DNA from: Candidatus Krumholzibacteriota bacterium
GTDB taxonomy: Bacteria; Krumholzibacteriota; Krumholzibacteriia; JACNKJ01
Reading direction: 5' to 3'
Assembly: GCA_016933175.1 (NCBI GenBank)
Contig: JAFGBK010000081.1
Location: 3,640 to 67,639, forward strand
DNA length: 64,000 nt
Shown piece after piece: positions 29,116 to 39,680 of this stretch. Under the pieces are notes generated by a model that had not been told where the DNA came from, searched no databases, and saw only the letters and a list, made by a program, of their open reading frames with translations. Both the position numbers and the translations under genes were made by a program. Numbering within the stretch: position 1 is the stretch's first letter; each line of letters begins with the position of its first letter.

Positions 29116-29738
29116 GCCGTCCCTCCTCGCGCCGGGCCGCGCTCCCAGTCCCGGAGCATGCGCGTCAGCAGCTCCAGGGGCAGGCCCATCACGTTGAAGT
29201 AGCAGCCCTCGATGCCGGTGACGAACTGGGCCGCGTGGCCCTGTATGCCGTAGGCGCCGGCCTTGTCGAAGGGCTCGCCGGTGGCCAGGTAGGCCTCGAT
29301 CTCCGCGGCGGCCAGGTCGCGGAAGCGCACCACCGTGCGCGACAGGTCCGCAGCCTCGCGCAGCCGCCCGGGCGCCGGGTCCCACCTGGCCAGGGCCACC
29401 GCCGTCATGACCTCGTGCGCGCGGCCCGCCAGGGCGCGCAGCATGGCGCGGGCCGCGTCCGCGTCCGCCGGCTTGCCCAGGCTCCGGCCGTCGGCCACCA
29501 CCAGCGTGTCGGCGCCGATGACCAGCGCGCCCGGCCGGCGGCGGGCCACCTCGCGCGCCTTGCCCAGGGCGTGACGGCGGGCCGCCGCCTCCGGCGCGCC
29601 CTCGCCGTTCTCCTCGCGATAGGCGCTGGGCAGCACCTCGCAGGCGAAGCCGAGGCCGGCCAGCAGCTCCCGCCGCCGGGGGCTGGCCGAGGCGAGGACG
29701 AGGCCCGCTTGCGCGCGCGCGGACAGGAAGGGGTTCAC
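29112..29738 (-). CDS. maf: Maf-like nucleoside triphosphate pyrophosphatase
   Basis: GTG start at 29738 gives VNPFLSARAQAGLVLASASPRRRELL. The Maf core is present. GTGA overlaps the dtd stop. The 3' end overlaps the mtnA ATG (ATGA). Confidence 0.8.
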   Translation of the reverse strand: MNPFLSARAQAGLVLASASPRRRELLAGLGFACEVLPSAYREENGEGAPEAAARRHALGKAREVARRRPGALVIGADTLVVADGRSLGKPADADAARAMLRALAGRAHEVMTAVALARWDPAPGRLREAADLSRTVVRFRDLAAAEIEAYLATGEPFDKAGAYGIQGHAAQFVTGIEGCYFNVMGLPLELLTRMLRDWERGPARGGTA

Positions 29739-30181
29739 GGCGCCTCGCGCTCGAGGATCAGGGTCACGGGCCCGTCGTTGATCAGCTCCACGGCCATCAT
29801 GGCCTGGAAGACGCCGGACGCCACGGGCAGCCCCTCCTCGCGCAGCAGCGCGAGGAAGCGTTCGTAGAGGGCGGCGGCCCGCTCGGGCGGGGCCGAGTGG
29901 ACGAAGCTGGGCCGGCGGCCCTTGCGGCAGTCGCCGTAGAGAGTGAACTGGCTGACGGCCAGCACGCCGCCGCCCGTATCGCGCAGGGAGCGGTTCATCT
30001 TGCCGACGTCGTCGGTGAAGACGCGCAGATCGGCGCACTTGGCGGCCATCCAGCGCAGGACCGCCTCGTCGTCCGCCGGCGCGAAGGCGCACAGCAGCAG
30101 CAGCCCGGGGCCGATCTCGCCCACCGCGCGGCCATCGACGCGCACCCGCGCCTCGCTCACCCGTTGCAGCACCACCCGCAT
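29735..30181 (-). CDS. dtd: D-aminoacyl-tRNA deacylase
   Basis: MRVVLQRVSEARVRVDGRAVGEIGPGLLLL... and SQFTLYGD motif. 148 aa. Confidence 0.85.
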   Translation of the reverse strand: MRVVLQRVSEARVRVDGRAVGEIGPGLLLLCAFAPADDEAVLRWMAAKCADLRVFTDDVGKMNRSLRDTGGGVLAVSQFTLYGDCRKGRRPSFVHSAPPERAAALYERFLALLREEGLPVASGVFQAMMAVELINDGPVTLILEREAP

Positions 30182-30189
30182 CGGTCCCC

Positions 30190-32388
30190 CTAGATCCGCG
30201 TCACCTCGTGCACGCTCCGCACGCCGCGCAGGCTGCGGATGACCTCGTCCAGCTGACCGAGGTCGCGCACCACGAGGGTGAAGTGGAAGCGCACCTGCAG
30301 GTCCTTCTCGTCGCGGCTGAAGCTGCCGCTGTGCAGGTTGGTGCCGGTGCGCCCGATCCGCTCGGTGAGCTCCGCCAGGAGGTTGGGCCGGTCCGAGGCG
30401 GCGACGACGAGGCCGACGAGGAAGGTCTCCTGCTCGTCCACATCCCACTCCACGTTCACCAGGCGCTCATCCAGCTCCGGCCGGCTGGAGATGTTGAGAC
30501 AGTCCGCCCGGTGGATGCTGATGCCGCGGCCGCGCGTGACGACGCCGATGATGGCGTCGCCCGGCACCGGGCGGCAGCAGCCGGCGAAGCGGATCATCAG
30601 GTTGCCGTGCCCCTCCACGCGCACGCCGCGCACGGACTCGCGCGTGAGGCGGGCGACCTCCTCGTCGCTCAGGGCCGGCCGCTCCCGCGCGCCCGGCTCC
30701 GGCGGGTGGATGCGGTTGAAGACCTGCACGGCGCTGAGGTTGCCGCGCCCCACGCCCTCGACGACCCGCTCGGCGTTCTCCACGCCCAGGGCCTCGGCCG
30801 CCAGCTCCAGATCGTCCTCGTCCGGGTAGGGCTGCTGGTGGCGCTTGAACTCGCGCTCCAGCAGCTCCCGCCCCAGGCTCAGGGACTGCTCCAGCTCCGT
30901 CTCGCGCAGCCGCCGCTTGATGCGGCTGACGGCCTTGGCGCTGCGCACGAAGCTGAGCCAGTCGCGGCTGGGCCGGGCGTTCTTGCGCGTGATGATCTCC
31001 ACCACCTCGCCGCTGGTCAGCTCGTGGCGGAGGGGCACCTGCTTGCCGTCGATGCGGGCTCCCACCGTGTGGTCGCCCACCTCGGTGTGGATGGCGTAGG
31101 CGAAGTCCACCGGCGTGGCGCCGGCGGGCAGGATGTGCAGGTCGCCGCGCGGCGTGAAGACGAAGATGCCCTCCTGGAAGAGGTTGATCTTCAGGCTGGC
31201 CATGAACTCCGAGGGATCCTCGCTCCACTCGCCGGCCTGGATCTCCTCGAGGAAGGTGCGCAGGAAGTCCAGCTCGCGGCCGCTGGCCGGCTCGTCGCGG
31301 CTGATCTCGCCGCCATCCTTGTAGCGCCAGTGGGCGGCGATGCCGAACTCGGCCGTCTGGTGCATCTCGCGCGTGCGGATCTGCACCTCGAAGATGGTGC
31401 CGTCGGGGCCGATGACGGCGGTGTGCAGGCTCCGGTAGCCGTTCCGCTTGGGCGTGGCCACGTAATCCTTGAAGCGCTTGGGCAGGGGCGTGAAGACCGT
31501 GTGGACGACGCCCAGGGCGTGATAGCAGTCGGCCACGGTCTGCGTGATGATGCGGAAGGCGAGCTGGTCGAGGACCTCCTCCGCCTTGAGGTTCTGCGCC
31601 AGCATCTTGCGGTAGATGCTGTAGAAGTGCTTGGCCCGGCCCTGCACGGCGCAGTCGATGCCGTTCTGCTCCATGGCCAGGCGGATGCGGTCGCGCATGG
31701 CCTGGATGTACTCGTCGCGCGACTCGCGGCGGGTGCCCGTGCTCTCGGCCACGCAGGCGTAGGGCTCCGGCTCGAGGTACTTGAAGGCCAGGTCCTCCAG
31801 CTCCCACTTGAGCCGCCCGATGCCGAGCCGGTTGGCCAGGGGCGCGTAGATGTCCATGGTCTCGCGCGCGATGCGCAGCTGCCGCGGCCGCTCGAGGTAC
31901 TCGAGGGTCTGCATGTTGTGCAGGCGGTCGGCCAGCTTGATGAGCAGGATGCGGATGTCCTTGCTCATCTGGAGCAGCAGCTTGCGGAAGTTCTCCGCCT
32001 GGGCCTTCTCCTCGCTGGCGAAGCGCAGGTGGGCGATCTTGCTGACGCCGTCCACCAGCAGCGCCACCGCCGGATTGAACTCCTGGCGCAGGATCTCGAC
32101 GCTGAGCGGCGTGTCCTCGACGGCGTCGTGCAGGAGCGCGGCGGCGATGGCGTTGGAGCCCAGGTTCATCTCGGCCACGGTGCGGGCCACGGCCAGGACG
32201 TGGTCGAAGTAGGGATCGCCGGAGCGCCGCCGCTGGCCGGCGTGGACCGCGCGGGCCCGCCAGAAGGCCCGCTCCACGAGGTCCCCGTCCAGCTGCGGCG
32301 AGTACTGCCGGGCCAGGGCCAGCAGGGCGTCGCGCTCGGCGGCGGCCGCCGCGTCCGGCGCGGTGTCGTGCTCGGAGCGCGCGCTCAC
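30190..32388 (-). CDS. relA: Bifunctional (p)ppGpp synthetase/hydrolase
   Basis: HD domain (HDAVEDT), synthetase domain (RxKxxxSIYRKM...), then TGS and ACT domains. 732 aa. Confidence 0.9.
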   Translation of the reverse strand: MSARSEHDTAPDAAAAAERDALLALARQYSPQLDGDLVERAFWRARAVHAGQRRRSGDPYFDHVLAVARTVAEMNLGSNAIAAALLHDAVEDTPLSVEILRQEFNPAVALLVDGVSKIAHLRFASEEKAQAENFRKLLLQMSKDIRILLIKLADRLHNMQTLEYLERPRQLRIARETMDIYAPLANRLGIGRLKWELEDLAFKYLEPEPYACVAESTGTRRESRDEYIQAMRDRIRLAMEQNGIDCAVQGRAKHFYSIYRKMLAQNLKAEEVLDQLAFRIITQTVADCYHALGVVHTVFTPLPKRFKDYVATPKRNGYRSLHTAVIGPDGTIFEVQIRTREMHQTAEFGIAAHWRYKDGGEISRDEPASGRELDFLRTFLEEIQAGEWSEDPSEFMASLKINLFQEGIFVFTPRGDLHILPAGATPVDFAYAIHTEVGDHTVGARIDGKQVPLRHELTSGEVVEIITRKNARPSRDWLSFVRSAKAVSRIKRRLRETELEQSLSLGRELLEREFKRHQQPYPDEDDLELAAEALGVENAERVVEGVGRGNLSAVQVFNRIHPPEPGARERPALSDEEVARLTRESVRGVRVEGHGNLMIRFAGCCRPVPGDAIIGVVTRGRGISIHRADCLNISSRPELDERLVNVEWDVDEQETFLVGLVVAASDRPNLLAELTERIGRTGTNLHSGSFSRDEKDLQVRFHFTLVVRDLGQLDEVIRSLRGVRSVHEVTRI

Positions 32389-34147
32389 GCGGGCACCGCC
32401 CCGGGCTGCAGCTCCACGAGGTGCAGGGCGACGCCGTGCTCGCCCGGCATCCGGCGGAAGCCGTCGCGCGCCACGCGGACGGCGAGGTCGCTCGCGGCGC
32501 CCCGCTCCACGCGCGGCCCCAGGCGCGCGGCCTGGCCGAAGGCGATGGCGCGGAAGCGGCCGCCGCGCGGCGAGCGGAAGTGCAGGCGCAGGTGGGTGTC
32601 CTTGAGGACCTCCGCCGCCAGGGGCACGACGCCGCGCAGCAGCACGAGCGGCTCGGGATTGCCCTCGCCGAAGGGCCCCACGCGCTCGAGGTCGTCCAGG
32701 AAGGGGCGGTCCATGGTTTCGGGCTCCAGGGCCAGGTCGGCCAGCACCGACTGCGGCGGCGGCGGGGCCGCCGCCGCCTCGGCCACGCAGCCGGCGAAGG
32801 CCTCCCAGCGACCGGGCTTGACGTCGAAGCCCACGGCCCGGCGGTGGCCGCCGTGGCGGCGCAGGTGCGCCGCCGCCGCGTCCAGCAGGGCCTTGAGGTC
32901 CTGGCCTTCCGGGCCGCGCCCCGAGCCGCGCGCGTTGCCCGCCGCGTCCAGACCCGCCAGCAGCACGGGCAGGCCGAACTCCTCCACCAGGCGGGCCGCG
33001 GAGATGCCGAGCACGCCGGGGTGCCAGCCCCGGCTGGCCAGGGCCAGAACGCCCGGGCGGTGCCCGCCGGACAGCCGCGCGCGCGCCGCCTCGCGGGCGG
33101 CCGCCGTGACGGACGCTTCCAGCTCGCGGCGGCGGTTGTTGACGGACTCCAGGCGTTCCGCGAGATCCGCGGCCTCGGCGGCGTCCTCGCTGAGCAGCAG
33201 ATCGAGAGCCAGGCGGGGGCTATCCATGCGGCCCGGCGCGTTGAGGCGCGGAGCCAGGCGGAAGGCCAGGTCCCTGGCGTCCAGCTCGCCGGGACGGATG
33301 CCCGCCGTCCGGGCCAGGGCCCGCCAGGCGGGATGGCGGTCGGCGGCGGAGCCGGGGCGGGCCGTCAGGCGCCGGCTCATCTCGGCCAGGCCGGCCGTGA
33401 CCAGGAGCCGGTTCTCCCCCCGCAGCGGCATGACGTCGGCCACCGTGCCCAGGGCCGCGAAGTCCAGCCAGGTCTCGGGCGGCAAAGGGCGGCCGCGGGC
33501 CGCGTGCAGCGCCCGGGCGAGCTTGTAGGCGATGGCGCTGCCGGCCAGGTCGCGGTGGGGATAGCGGCTGTCGGCCCGCAGGGGGCTGACGAAGGCGCAA
33601 GCCGCGGGCAGCTCGGTGGCCAGGTGATGGTCCGTGACGATGGTGTCCACGCCGGCGGCGGCCAGCTCGGCCACCAGCTCGCCGTCGGAGCTGCCGCAGT
33701 CGACGGTGACGACCAGGGTGCAGCCCCGTTCGCGCGCACGGGCCAGCGCCCGCCGGCTGAGGCCGTAGCCGTCCCGGTCCCGGCGTGGCACGAAGGCCTG
33801 GATGCTTCCGGGATCGGCGCCCAGGGCGCGCAGAGCCCGCAGCAGAAGCGCCGCGCCGGTCAGGCCGTCGACGTCGTAGTCGCCGTGGACGAGGATCCGC
33901 TCGCCGCGGTCGCAGGCCGCCAGGAGGCGGTCCACGGCGCGGTCCATGTCGGGCAGGAGCGCGGGATCGTGCTGGTGACGAGCGTCGCCGTCCTGGAGGG
34001 CCTCCCAGGCGGCACGGTCGCGGCAGCCGCGCTGCCAGGCGAGGGCGGCCACGGCCGGATGCAGTCCGAGGTCCGCGGCCAGGCGCTCGCGCTCCGCGTC
34101 GGAAGGCTGCTCGCGCAGGCGGATGGCCGGTGCCGGAGCGGGTTGCA
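32385..34147 (-). CDS. recJ: Single-stranded-DNA-specific exonuclease RecJ
   Basis: DHH motifs (ILVHGDYDVDGLTG, TVDCG, IVTDHH) and a DHHA1 domain. The track start at 34241 overlaps rnpB. I place the start at the TTG at 34147 behind a GGAGG Shine-Dalgarno. Start uncertain. Confidence 0.8.
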
Positions 34148-34188
34148 AGCGACCTCCTGGACGCGGGGCGGCGGCGCGGAAACGGAAA

Positions 34189-34555
34189 GCGGAAGCGGAC
34201 CTGTAAGCCGAGTTCTGTTCCCCCTGGGGGGCGATGGCCATTTATCTGGGGCCGTCGTTGCCGGCGACCTCGTGCGACCTACCCGGGAATAAAAGGAGCG
34301 GGCCGCTCCATCTTCCCTGCTTGGTCTTGCTCCGGGTGGGGTTTGCCGTGCGACGCCCGTCACCGGGCGCCCGGTGAGCTCTTACCTCGCCGTTTCACCC
34401 TTGCCGGCCGCGGACGAGCCGCGGCTTAGGCGGTCTGTTCTCTGTGGCACTTTCCGTGGAATCACTTCCCCTGGGTGTTACCCAGCACCCTGCCCTGTGG
34501 AGCTCGGACTTTCCTCGGACCCTCGCGGGCCCGCGGCCATCCGGTCCGCTTCCGC
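34189..34555 (-). ncRNA. rnpB: RNase P RNA (bacterial type A)
   Basis: The minus-strand sequence contains AGGAAAGTCCGAGCTCCACAGGGCAGGGTGCTGGGTAACACCCAGGGG, ACAGAGAACAGACCGCC, GGCAAGGGTGAAACGGCGAGGTAAGAGCTCACC and ACAGAACTCGGCTTACAGG. The P1 helix is GCGGAAGCGGACC paired with GGTCCGCTTCCGC. Confidence 0.8.
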
Positions 34556-34561
34556 ACGCGA

Positions 34562-35161
34562 TTATAGGGAGTCGAGGGCCTCGTTCGCAAGCGCGTCCGC
34601 AGCCGCGTTCTCCCCGCGGGGCACGTGGCGCAGGCGCGCGTCGTCGAAGCCGGCCAGGGCGGTCTTCGCCGCCGCGTGGAGGGGCATGAGCCCCGCGTTC
34701 TTCACCTTGTAGCGTCCCTCGAGCTGGCGGATCACCAGCTCGCTGTCCATGGCCACCTCGATCCGCCGAAAGCCCAGGCGGCGGACCGCCTCCAGGCCCG
34801 CCAGGAGCGACCGGTACTCCGCCTGGTTGTTCGTGAGCGTTCCTAGGGCGCGGCCGTGGCGATAGATCTCCTGCCCGTCGAGGCTGACGACGAGACCGAG
34901 GGCGGCGGGGCCGGGATTGCCGCGGCTCGCGCCGTCGCACTGGAGGCGAGCGACGGCCCCCGGCGACAGCGACAGCGGCGCCAGCGCCTCGGGCGGGAGG
35001 GAATCGCCGGCCGCCCCGCGCTCGCCTTTGCCGGCGGCCGCCAGTTCGCCATGGCGCGCCTCCAGCCAGGCCAGGAGCGCGCGGCGCTCCCTCGCGGCGA
35101 GCTCCGGCCCGCCGCCGCCAGCCAGCCAGTCGATGAGGACCCGCAGCGTCGCCGACTTCAC
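34562..35161 (-). CDS. RNase H-like (RNase HI fold) protein with a roughly 70-aa N-terminal extension
   Basis: GTG start at 35161, overlapping the upstream TGA (GTGA). C-terminal domain LQCDGASRGNPGPAALG...TNNQAEYRSLLAGLE...IEVAMDSELVIRQL...ENAAADALANEA carries the RNase H DEDD-type motifs. Confidence 0.65.
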   Translation of the reverse strand: MKSATLRVLIDWLAGGGGPELAARERRALLAWLEARHGELAAAGKGERGAAGDSLPPEALAPLSLSPGAVARLQCDGASRGNPGPAALGLVVSLDGQEIYRHGRALGTLTNNQAEYRSLLAGLEAVRRLGFRRIEVAMDSELVIRQLEGRYKVKNAGLMPLHAAAKTALAGFDDARLRHVPRGENAAADALANEALDSL

Positions 35162-35859
35162 GATTCCACCCAGAGGATCAGGCGCCCGCACCCTTGGCAG
35201 TCGAGCACGCGGCCCTTGTGGCGCAGATCCAGGGCGTCCTGGGGCGGCAGGGCCTCGCCGCAGCCGCCGCAGGACCCGTCGCGCAAGGCGGCCACGCAGC
35301 CGTGTCCGTGCTTGCCGAAGGCGCGCTTGTAGCGGCGCGCCAGGGTCGGCTCCAGGCCCGCCAGGGCGCGCTCGCGGTCCAGCCGCGTGCGCTCCAGGGC
35401 GTGACGCTGCAGGGCCGTGTCGCGCTCCAGCTCGCCGAGCTCCCGCTCGCGGGCGGCGTCCGCGTCCCCTTCGGTACTGCGGCGCAGCTCCGTCTCGCGC
35501 TGGAGGATCTCCTGGGACTCGATCTTCTCGAGCACGCGCAGCTCCAGGGACTCGATGCGCGCGGCCAGGGCGTCGATCTCGCGCTGCTTGGCCGCCACGT
35601 GCTCCACGGTGGAGAGGTCCCGCAGCTTGTTCTCCTCGCGGCGCCGGCGATCCTCGATCTCGACGATCTCCCGCTCCAGGCGGCGGATGCCCTGATCCAG
35701 GTCGGCCAGCTCGCTGTCGCGCGCCGCGCGACGCTCGCGCGCCGCGTTCCCCTCGCGGCGCAGGGCGGCGCCTGCCGCGGGCAGCTCGGCCAGGGCGCGC
35801 TCCAGGCGCCGGCACTCGCTGTCGAGGCGGAAGACCGCGACGAGAGCCTCGTTGTCCAT
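35158..35859 (-). CDS. COG1579-type coiled-coil protein with a C-terminal C4 zinc ribbon
   Basis: Long heptad-like Arg/Glu/Leu coiled coil, then CGGCGEALPPQ...CQGCGRLI (CxxC...CxxC). The same gene pair (zinc-ribbon then RNase H) is known in Mycobacterium as Rv2229c-Rv2228c. Confidence 0.65.
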   Translation of the reverse strand: MDNEALVAVFRLDSECRRLERALAELPAAGAALRREGNAARERRAARDSELADLDQGIRRLEREIVEIEDRRRREENKLRDLSTVEHVAAKQREIDALAARIESLELRVLEKIESQEILQRETELRRSTEGDADAARERELGELERDTALQRHALERTRLDRERALAGLEPTLARRYKRAFGKHGHGCVAALRDGSCGGCGEALPPQDALDLRHKGRVLDCQGCGRLILWVES

Positions 35860-35899
35860 GTTCCTCCGCGGAAGGCGGCCGCGGCGCGGCCAGGTGCGG

Positions 35900-35972
35900 T
35901 GGGCCCACCAGGACTCGAACCTGGGACCGAACGATTATGAGTCGCCCGCTCTGACCGCTGAGCTATGGGCCC
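35900..35972 (-). tRNA. tRNA with CAT anticodon, most likely tRNA-Ile2 (lysidine) rather than elongator Met
   Basis: GGGCCCATAGCTCAGCGGTCAGAGCGGGCGACTCATAATCGTTCGGTCCCAGGTTCGAGTCCTGGTGGGCCCA. Anticodon arm GGCGA-CUCAUAA-UCGUU is nearly identical to E. coli tRNA-Ile2. C4-G69 and C5-G68 are present. CCA is not encoded. Confidence 0.8.
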
Positions 35973-36076
35973 GCACCCCGAGGCTATCCCCGGCCGCGGG
36001 CCCCGTCAAGCGCGCGTCCGCAGGCGCCGGGGGCGGCAAGGCTTCCCAGCGGGCCGCGGGCGGCCGGGCGGCGCGC

Positions 36077-37831
36077 CTAGTAGTTCTCGATGTAGCCCTT
36101 GAGCTTGCGGGCGCGGCTGGGATGCTGGAGCTTGCGGATGGCCTTGGCCTCGATCTGCCGCACGCGCTCGCGCGTCACCTGGAAGATGGTCCCCACCTCC
36201 TCGAGGGTGCGCGGCGTGCCGTCGCCCAGGCCGAAGCGCAGCCGGATGACCTTCTCCTCGCGCCGCGTCAGCGTGGACAGCACCTTGGACAGCTGGTCCT
36301 TCAGCATGGAGTGGGCCGCCGAGTGGGCGGGGCTGTCGGCGTGGATGTCCTCGATGAAGTCGCCGAGGTTGCTGTCCTCGTCCTCGCCGATGGGCCGGTC
36401 CAGGCTGATGGGCTCCATGCTGGCCTTCATCACGCCCTTGACCTTCTCCACGGGGAAGTTGAGGTAGAGGGCGACCTCCTCCGGCGTCGGCTCGCGGCCA
36501 TACTCCTGGATCAGCTTGCGGCTGGCCCGGCTGACCTTGTTGATGGCCTCGATCATGTGCACGGGCACGCGGATGGTGCGCGCCTGGTCGGCGATGGCAC
36601 GGGTGATGGCCTGGCGGATCCACCAGGTGCCGTAGGTGGAGAACTTGTAGCCCTTGCGGTAGTCGAACTTGTCGACGGCCCGCATCAGGCCGCCGTTGCC
36701 CTCCTGGATGAGGTCGAGGAACTCGAGGCCGCGGTTCGTGTAGCGCTTGGCGATGGAGATGACCAGGCGCACGTTGGCCTCGATCATCTCCTTCTTGGCC
36801 TGCTGGCCCTTGCGCTCGCCGTCTCCGACGCGCTGCTGCAGCGCCTCCAGCTCGGCCCGGCTCACGCCGCGCTCCTTCTCCGCCTGGCGGACCTGCCGCA
36901 GCAGGGTGTGCTCCTTGCGGCGCAGGTCCTCCAGGGCCTGGTAGGTCCACTTGCCCTTGCCGCGGATCTGCGTCGTCTTCCAGCCGCGCTCGCGCATCTT
37001 CTTGAGCAGGCCGCGCAGCTCCTCGTAGCTCAGGCCGAGGAACTTCTCGTAGTGGGCCACCTGCTTGCTCAGCTCGGCGAACTCGCCGTGCATGCCGTCC
37101 AGGCGCTCCACGAGGGCGTCCACCTGCTTGGGCTGGAAGTTGAGGCCGTGGAGCAGGTCCAGGATGCGCTCCAGCCGGAGGTCCAGGGCCTTGTGGGCGG
37201 AGTTCTGCTGCCGGTCCGTCTCGGCCCGGCCCAGCTTCTCCCGGTAGGCGGCGATCTCCTGCTTCAGCTTCGCGATGCGCCGCAGGGAGCGGATGACGGC
37301 CGCGCGGTCGCGCTTCTGCGGCGTGTGGTGCTCCTGGTAGCCGCCCGTGTCCACCTGGATGAGCTCCTCGACGCTGATGGCGCCCTTGCCGAGAGCATCG
37401 ATCCACTCGGCCAGGGCCTCGTCCGAGTAGCGGCTGAGGAAGACGGCCTCGATGACCTGGTGCTTGCCGGCCTCGATGCGCTTGGCGATCTCGATCTCGC
37501 CCTCCCGGTCCAGGAGGGGCACCTTGCCCATCTCGCGCAGGTACATGCGCACGGGATCGTCGTAGCGCATGCTCTGCTGGGCGGCCTGGCTCATCTTCTC
37601 GGAGAGCTTCTTGCGGCGGGCCTCCTGGGCCTTGAGCTTCTCCGCGGCCTCCTCTTCGCTGTCGTAGATCTCGATGCCCAGCTCGGCGAGGCGGGAGTAG
37701 ACCATGTCGACGGCGTCGATGTCGAAGTCCTCGGAGAACTGCTCGTAGATGTCGTCGTGGAGCAGGAAAGACTTCTTCGCCGCCACCTGCTTCAGCGCGA
37801 CGATGATGCGGCTCGACTTGCTCTTGCTCAT
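36077..37831 (-). CDS. rpoD: RNA polymerase sigma factor RpoD (sigma-70)
   Basis: Regions 1.1 to 4.2 are recognisable ([83 protein letters not shown]). Confidence 0.95.
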   Translation of the reverse strand: MSKSKSSRIIVALKQVAAKKSFLLHDDIYEQFSEDFDIDAVDMVYSRLAELGIEIYDSEEEAAEKLKAQEARRKKLSEKMSQAAQQSMRYDDPVRMYLREMGKVPLLDREGEIEIAKRIEAGKHQVIEAVFLSRYSDEALAEWIDALGKGAISVEELIQVDTGGYQEHHTPQKRDRAAVIRSLRRIAKLKQEIAAYREKLGRAETDRQQNSAHKALDLRLERILDLLHGLNFQPKQVDALVERLDGMHGEFAELSKQVAHYEKFLGLSYEELRGLLKKMRERGWKTTQIRGKGKWTYQALEDLRRKEHTLLRQVRQAEKERGVSRAELEALQQRVGDGERKGQQAKKEMIEANVRLVISIAKRYTNRGLEFLDLIQEGNGGLMRAVDKFDYRKGYKFSTYGTWWIRQAITRAIADQARTIRVPVHMIEAINKVSRASRKLIQEYGREPTPEEVALYLNFPVEKVKGVMKASMEPISLDRPIGEDEDSNLGDFIEDIHADSPAHSAAHSMLKDQLSKVLSTLTRREEKVIRLRFGLGDGTPRTLEEVGTIFQVTRERVRQIEAKAIRKLQHPSRARKLKGYIENY

Positions 37832-37835
37832 CGGC

Positions 37836-39680
37836 TCAGGTCCCTTTCTGCTTGCTCAAGGTCCGCTCGAGCTGCTCGCGCACCTCGCGGATGCCCTGGC
37901 CCACGTGCCGCCACTCGTCCAGCAGCTCCGCAGGCAGCTCGTCGCCGGCCAGCTCCATGGCCTGGACACGGCCCTGGAAGTCCCGATTGCGTCCGATCAG
38001 GTGCCGCAGCTTGAGCCGTAGCGCCCCGGCGCGCACCCAGTCGAGGTCCGGCGCCACCGCCTCCGGAGACGCCAGGAAGGTCAGCTCGTTCACGGCCGCC
38101 TGCGCCGCCGGGTCCGGGAAGAGCTCCCCCAGTTCCCGGGGTGTCGGCGGGCGCCCCAGGGCCAGCAGCGTCCGGCAGATGCGCTCGCGGAGCGGATCGT
38201 CGAAGTGCTCCGGCTCCAGGAGCTCCACCAGCAGGTCGCGGCCCGGCCCGGCCGCGAGCAGGATCCGCAGGAGCAGCTTCTCCTGCCGGTCCCGGGCCTC
38301 GCTCTCGGCGGGCTCCGCATCCTCTGCCGGTACGGTGGCGGCGCGGTCGCGGGCGGCGGCCGCCCGGCCCGGGGCTCGCCGGGCCTGGCCCAGGGCGCGG
38401 CGCAGGACCGCCAGCTCCACGCCGAAGGTATTGCCCAGCTCCTCCAGCAGGGCCTCCAGGTGGAGGTCGCCCGCGGGCATGGCGGCCAGGTCCTCCAGGA
38501 TCCGGCGCACCGCCCGTTCCTTCTCGCCGGGCCGGTCGCCGCGGCCGCGCACCAGCTCCCGCATGAAGCCCATGTAGCCCGGCGCCTCGCGGACCCGCCG
38601 CTCGAAGGCCTCGCGCCCCTCCTGCCGGACCAGGGAGTCCGGATCCTCGCCGGGCGGCATGGTGGTCACGCTGGGGCGCAGCCCCTCGGCCAGCAGGATC
38701 CCGGACGCCCGCACGGCCGCCCGCTGCCCGGCGTCGTCCCCGTCGGTGATGACGCAGACGTGCTCGGTGTAGCGCTTGAGCAGCCGGGCCTGCTCGGCGG
38801 TGAAGGCCGTGCCGCAGACCGCCACCGCCAGGGGGATGCCCGCCTGGTGCAGGCTGATCACGTCGAAGTAGCCCTCCACCAGCAGGGCCAGCTTGGCCCG
38901 CCGAATCTCGCGCCAGGCCCGATCCAGACCGTAGAGGATACCCTTCTTGGTGTAGACCGGACTGTCCGCGCTGTTGATGTACTTGGGGAGGCTGTCGTCC
39001 AGGACCCGGGCGCCGAAGCCCAGGACCCGGCCCGCCACCGAACGCACCGGGAAGAGGATGCGGTTACGGAACGTGTCATAGTAGCCGGGCCCCGAGGCCT
39101 TGCGCTTGACCAGGCCCAGCTCGGCCGCCTTCTCGGGCGGGAAGTCGCTCCCGCCTAGGTGCTCGTGGAGCTGGCGCCACGCCTCCCGCGCATAGCCCAG
39201 CTGGAAGTTCCGGACGCTCTCGTCGCCGATGCCGCGCTGGCGCAGATAATCCAGGGCCCTCCGCCCCGGCTCGGAGCGGGTCAGCTGCTTGTGATAGAAC
39301 TCGGCGCTGGATTCGTTGATCCGATAGAAGAGATCGTGGCGGCTTTTCTCCCCTCCCCCTGAAAACGCCGCCTCCACGGGTACGCCGGCGCGCTTGGCCA
39401 GGTGGATCACGGCCTCGCGGAAGCCCAGACCCTCCTGTTCCATGACAAAAGAAAACACATCACCGCCCCGGTGGCAACTGAAGCAGTAGTAGTTTTGCCG
39501 CTCCGGGCTGACGTTGAAGCTGGGATGGCGCTCGTGGTGGAAGGGGCACAGTCCCTGGAAGTTGCTGCCCACGCGCCGCAGCTTGATGTACTGGCCCACC
39601 ACCTCGACGATGTCCGAGGCGGCGCGGACCCGCTCCTTGAAATCGCTGTAGTCAGCTCTTGGTCTGCTCATTCCCGCCAC
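37836..39680 (-). CDS. dnaG: DNA primase
   Basis: Zinc ribbon [31 protein letters not shown] domain (EGYFDV...ITDGDDAG). Confidence 0.9.
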   Translation of the reverse strand: MAGMSRPRADYSDFKERVRAASDIVEVVGQYIKLRRVGSNFQGLCPFHHERHPSFNVSPERQNYYCFSCHRGGDVFSFVMEQEGLGFREAVIHLAKRAGVPVEAAFSGGGEKSRHDLFYRINESSAEFYHKQLTRSEPGRRALDYLRQRGIGDESVRNFQLGYAREAWRQLHEHLGGSDFPPEKAAELGLVKRKASGPGYYDTFRNRILFPVRSVAGRVLGFGARVLDDSLPKYINSADSPVYTKKGILYGLDRAWREIRRAKLALLVEGYFDVISLHQAGIPLAVAVCGTAFTAEQARLLKRYTEHVCVITDGDDAGQRAAVRASGILLAEGLRPSVTTMPPGEDPDSLVRQEGREAFERRVREAPGYMGFMRELVRGRGDRPGEKERAVRRILEDLAAMPAGDLHLEALLEELGNTFGVELAVLRRALGQARRAPGRAAAARDRAATVPAEDAEPAESEARDRQEKLLLRILLAAGPGRDLLVELLEPEHFDDPLRERICRTLLALGRPPTPRELGELFPDPAAQAAVNELTFLASPEAVAPDLDWVRAGALRLKLRHLIGRNRDFQGRVQAMELAGDELPAELLDEWRHVGQGIREVREQLERTLSKQKGT

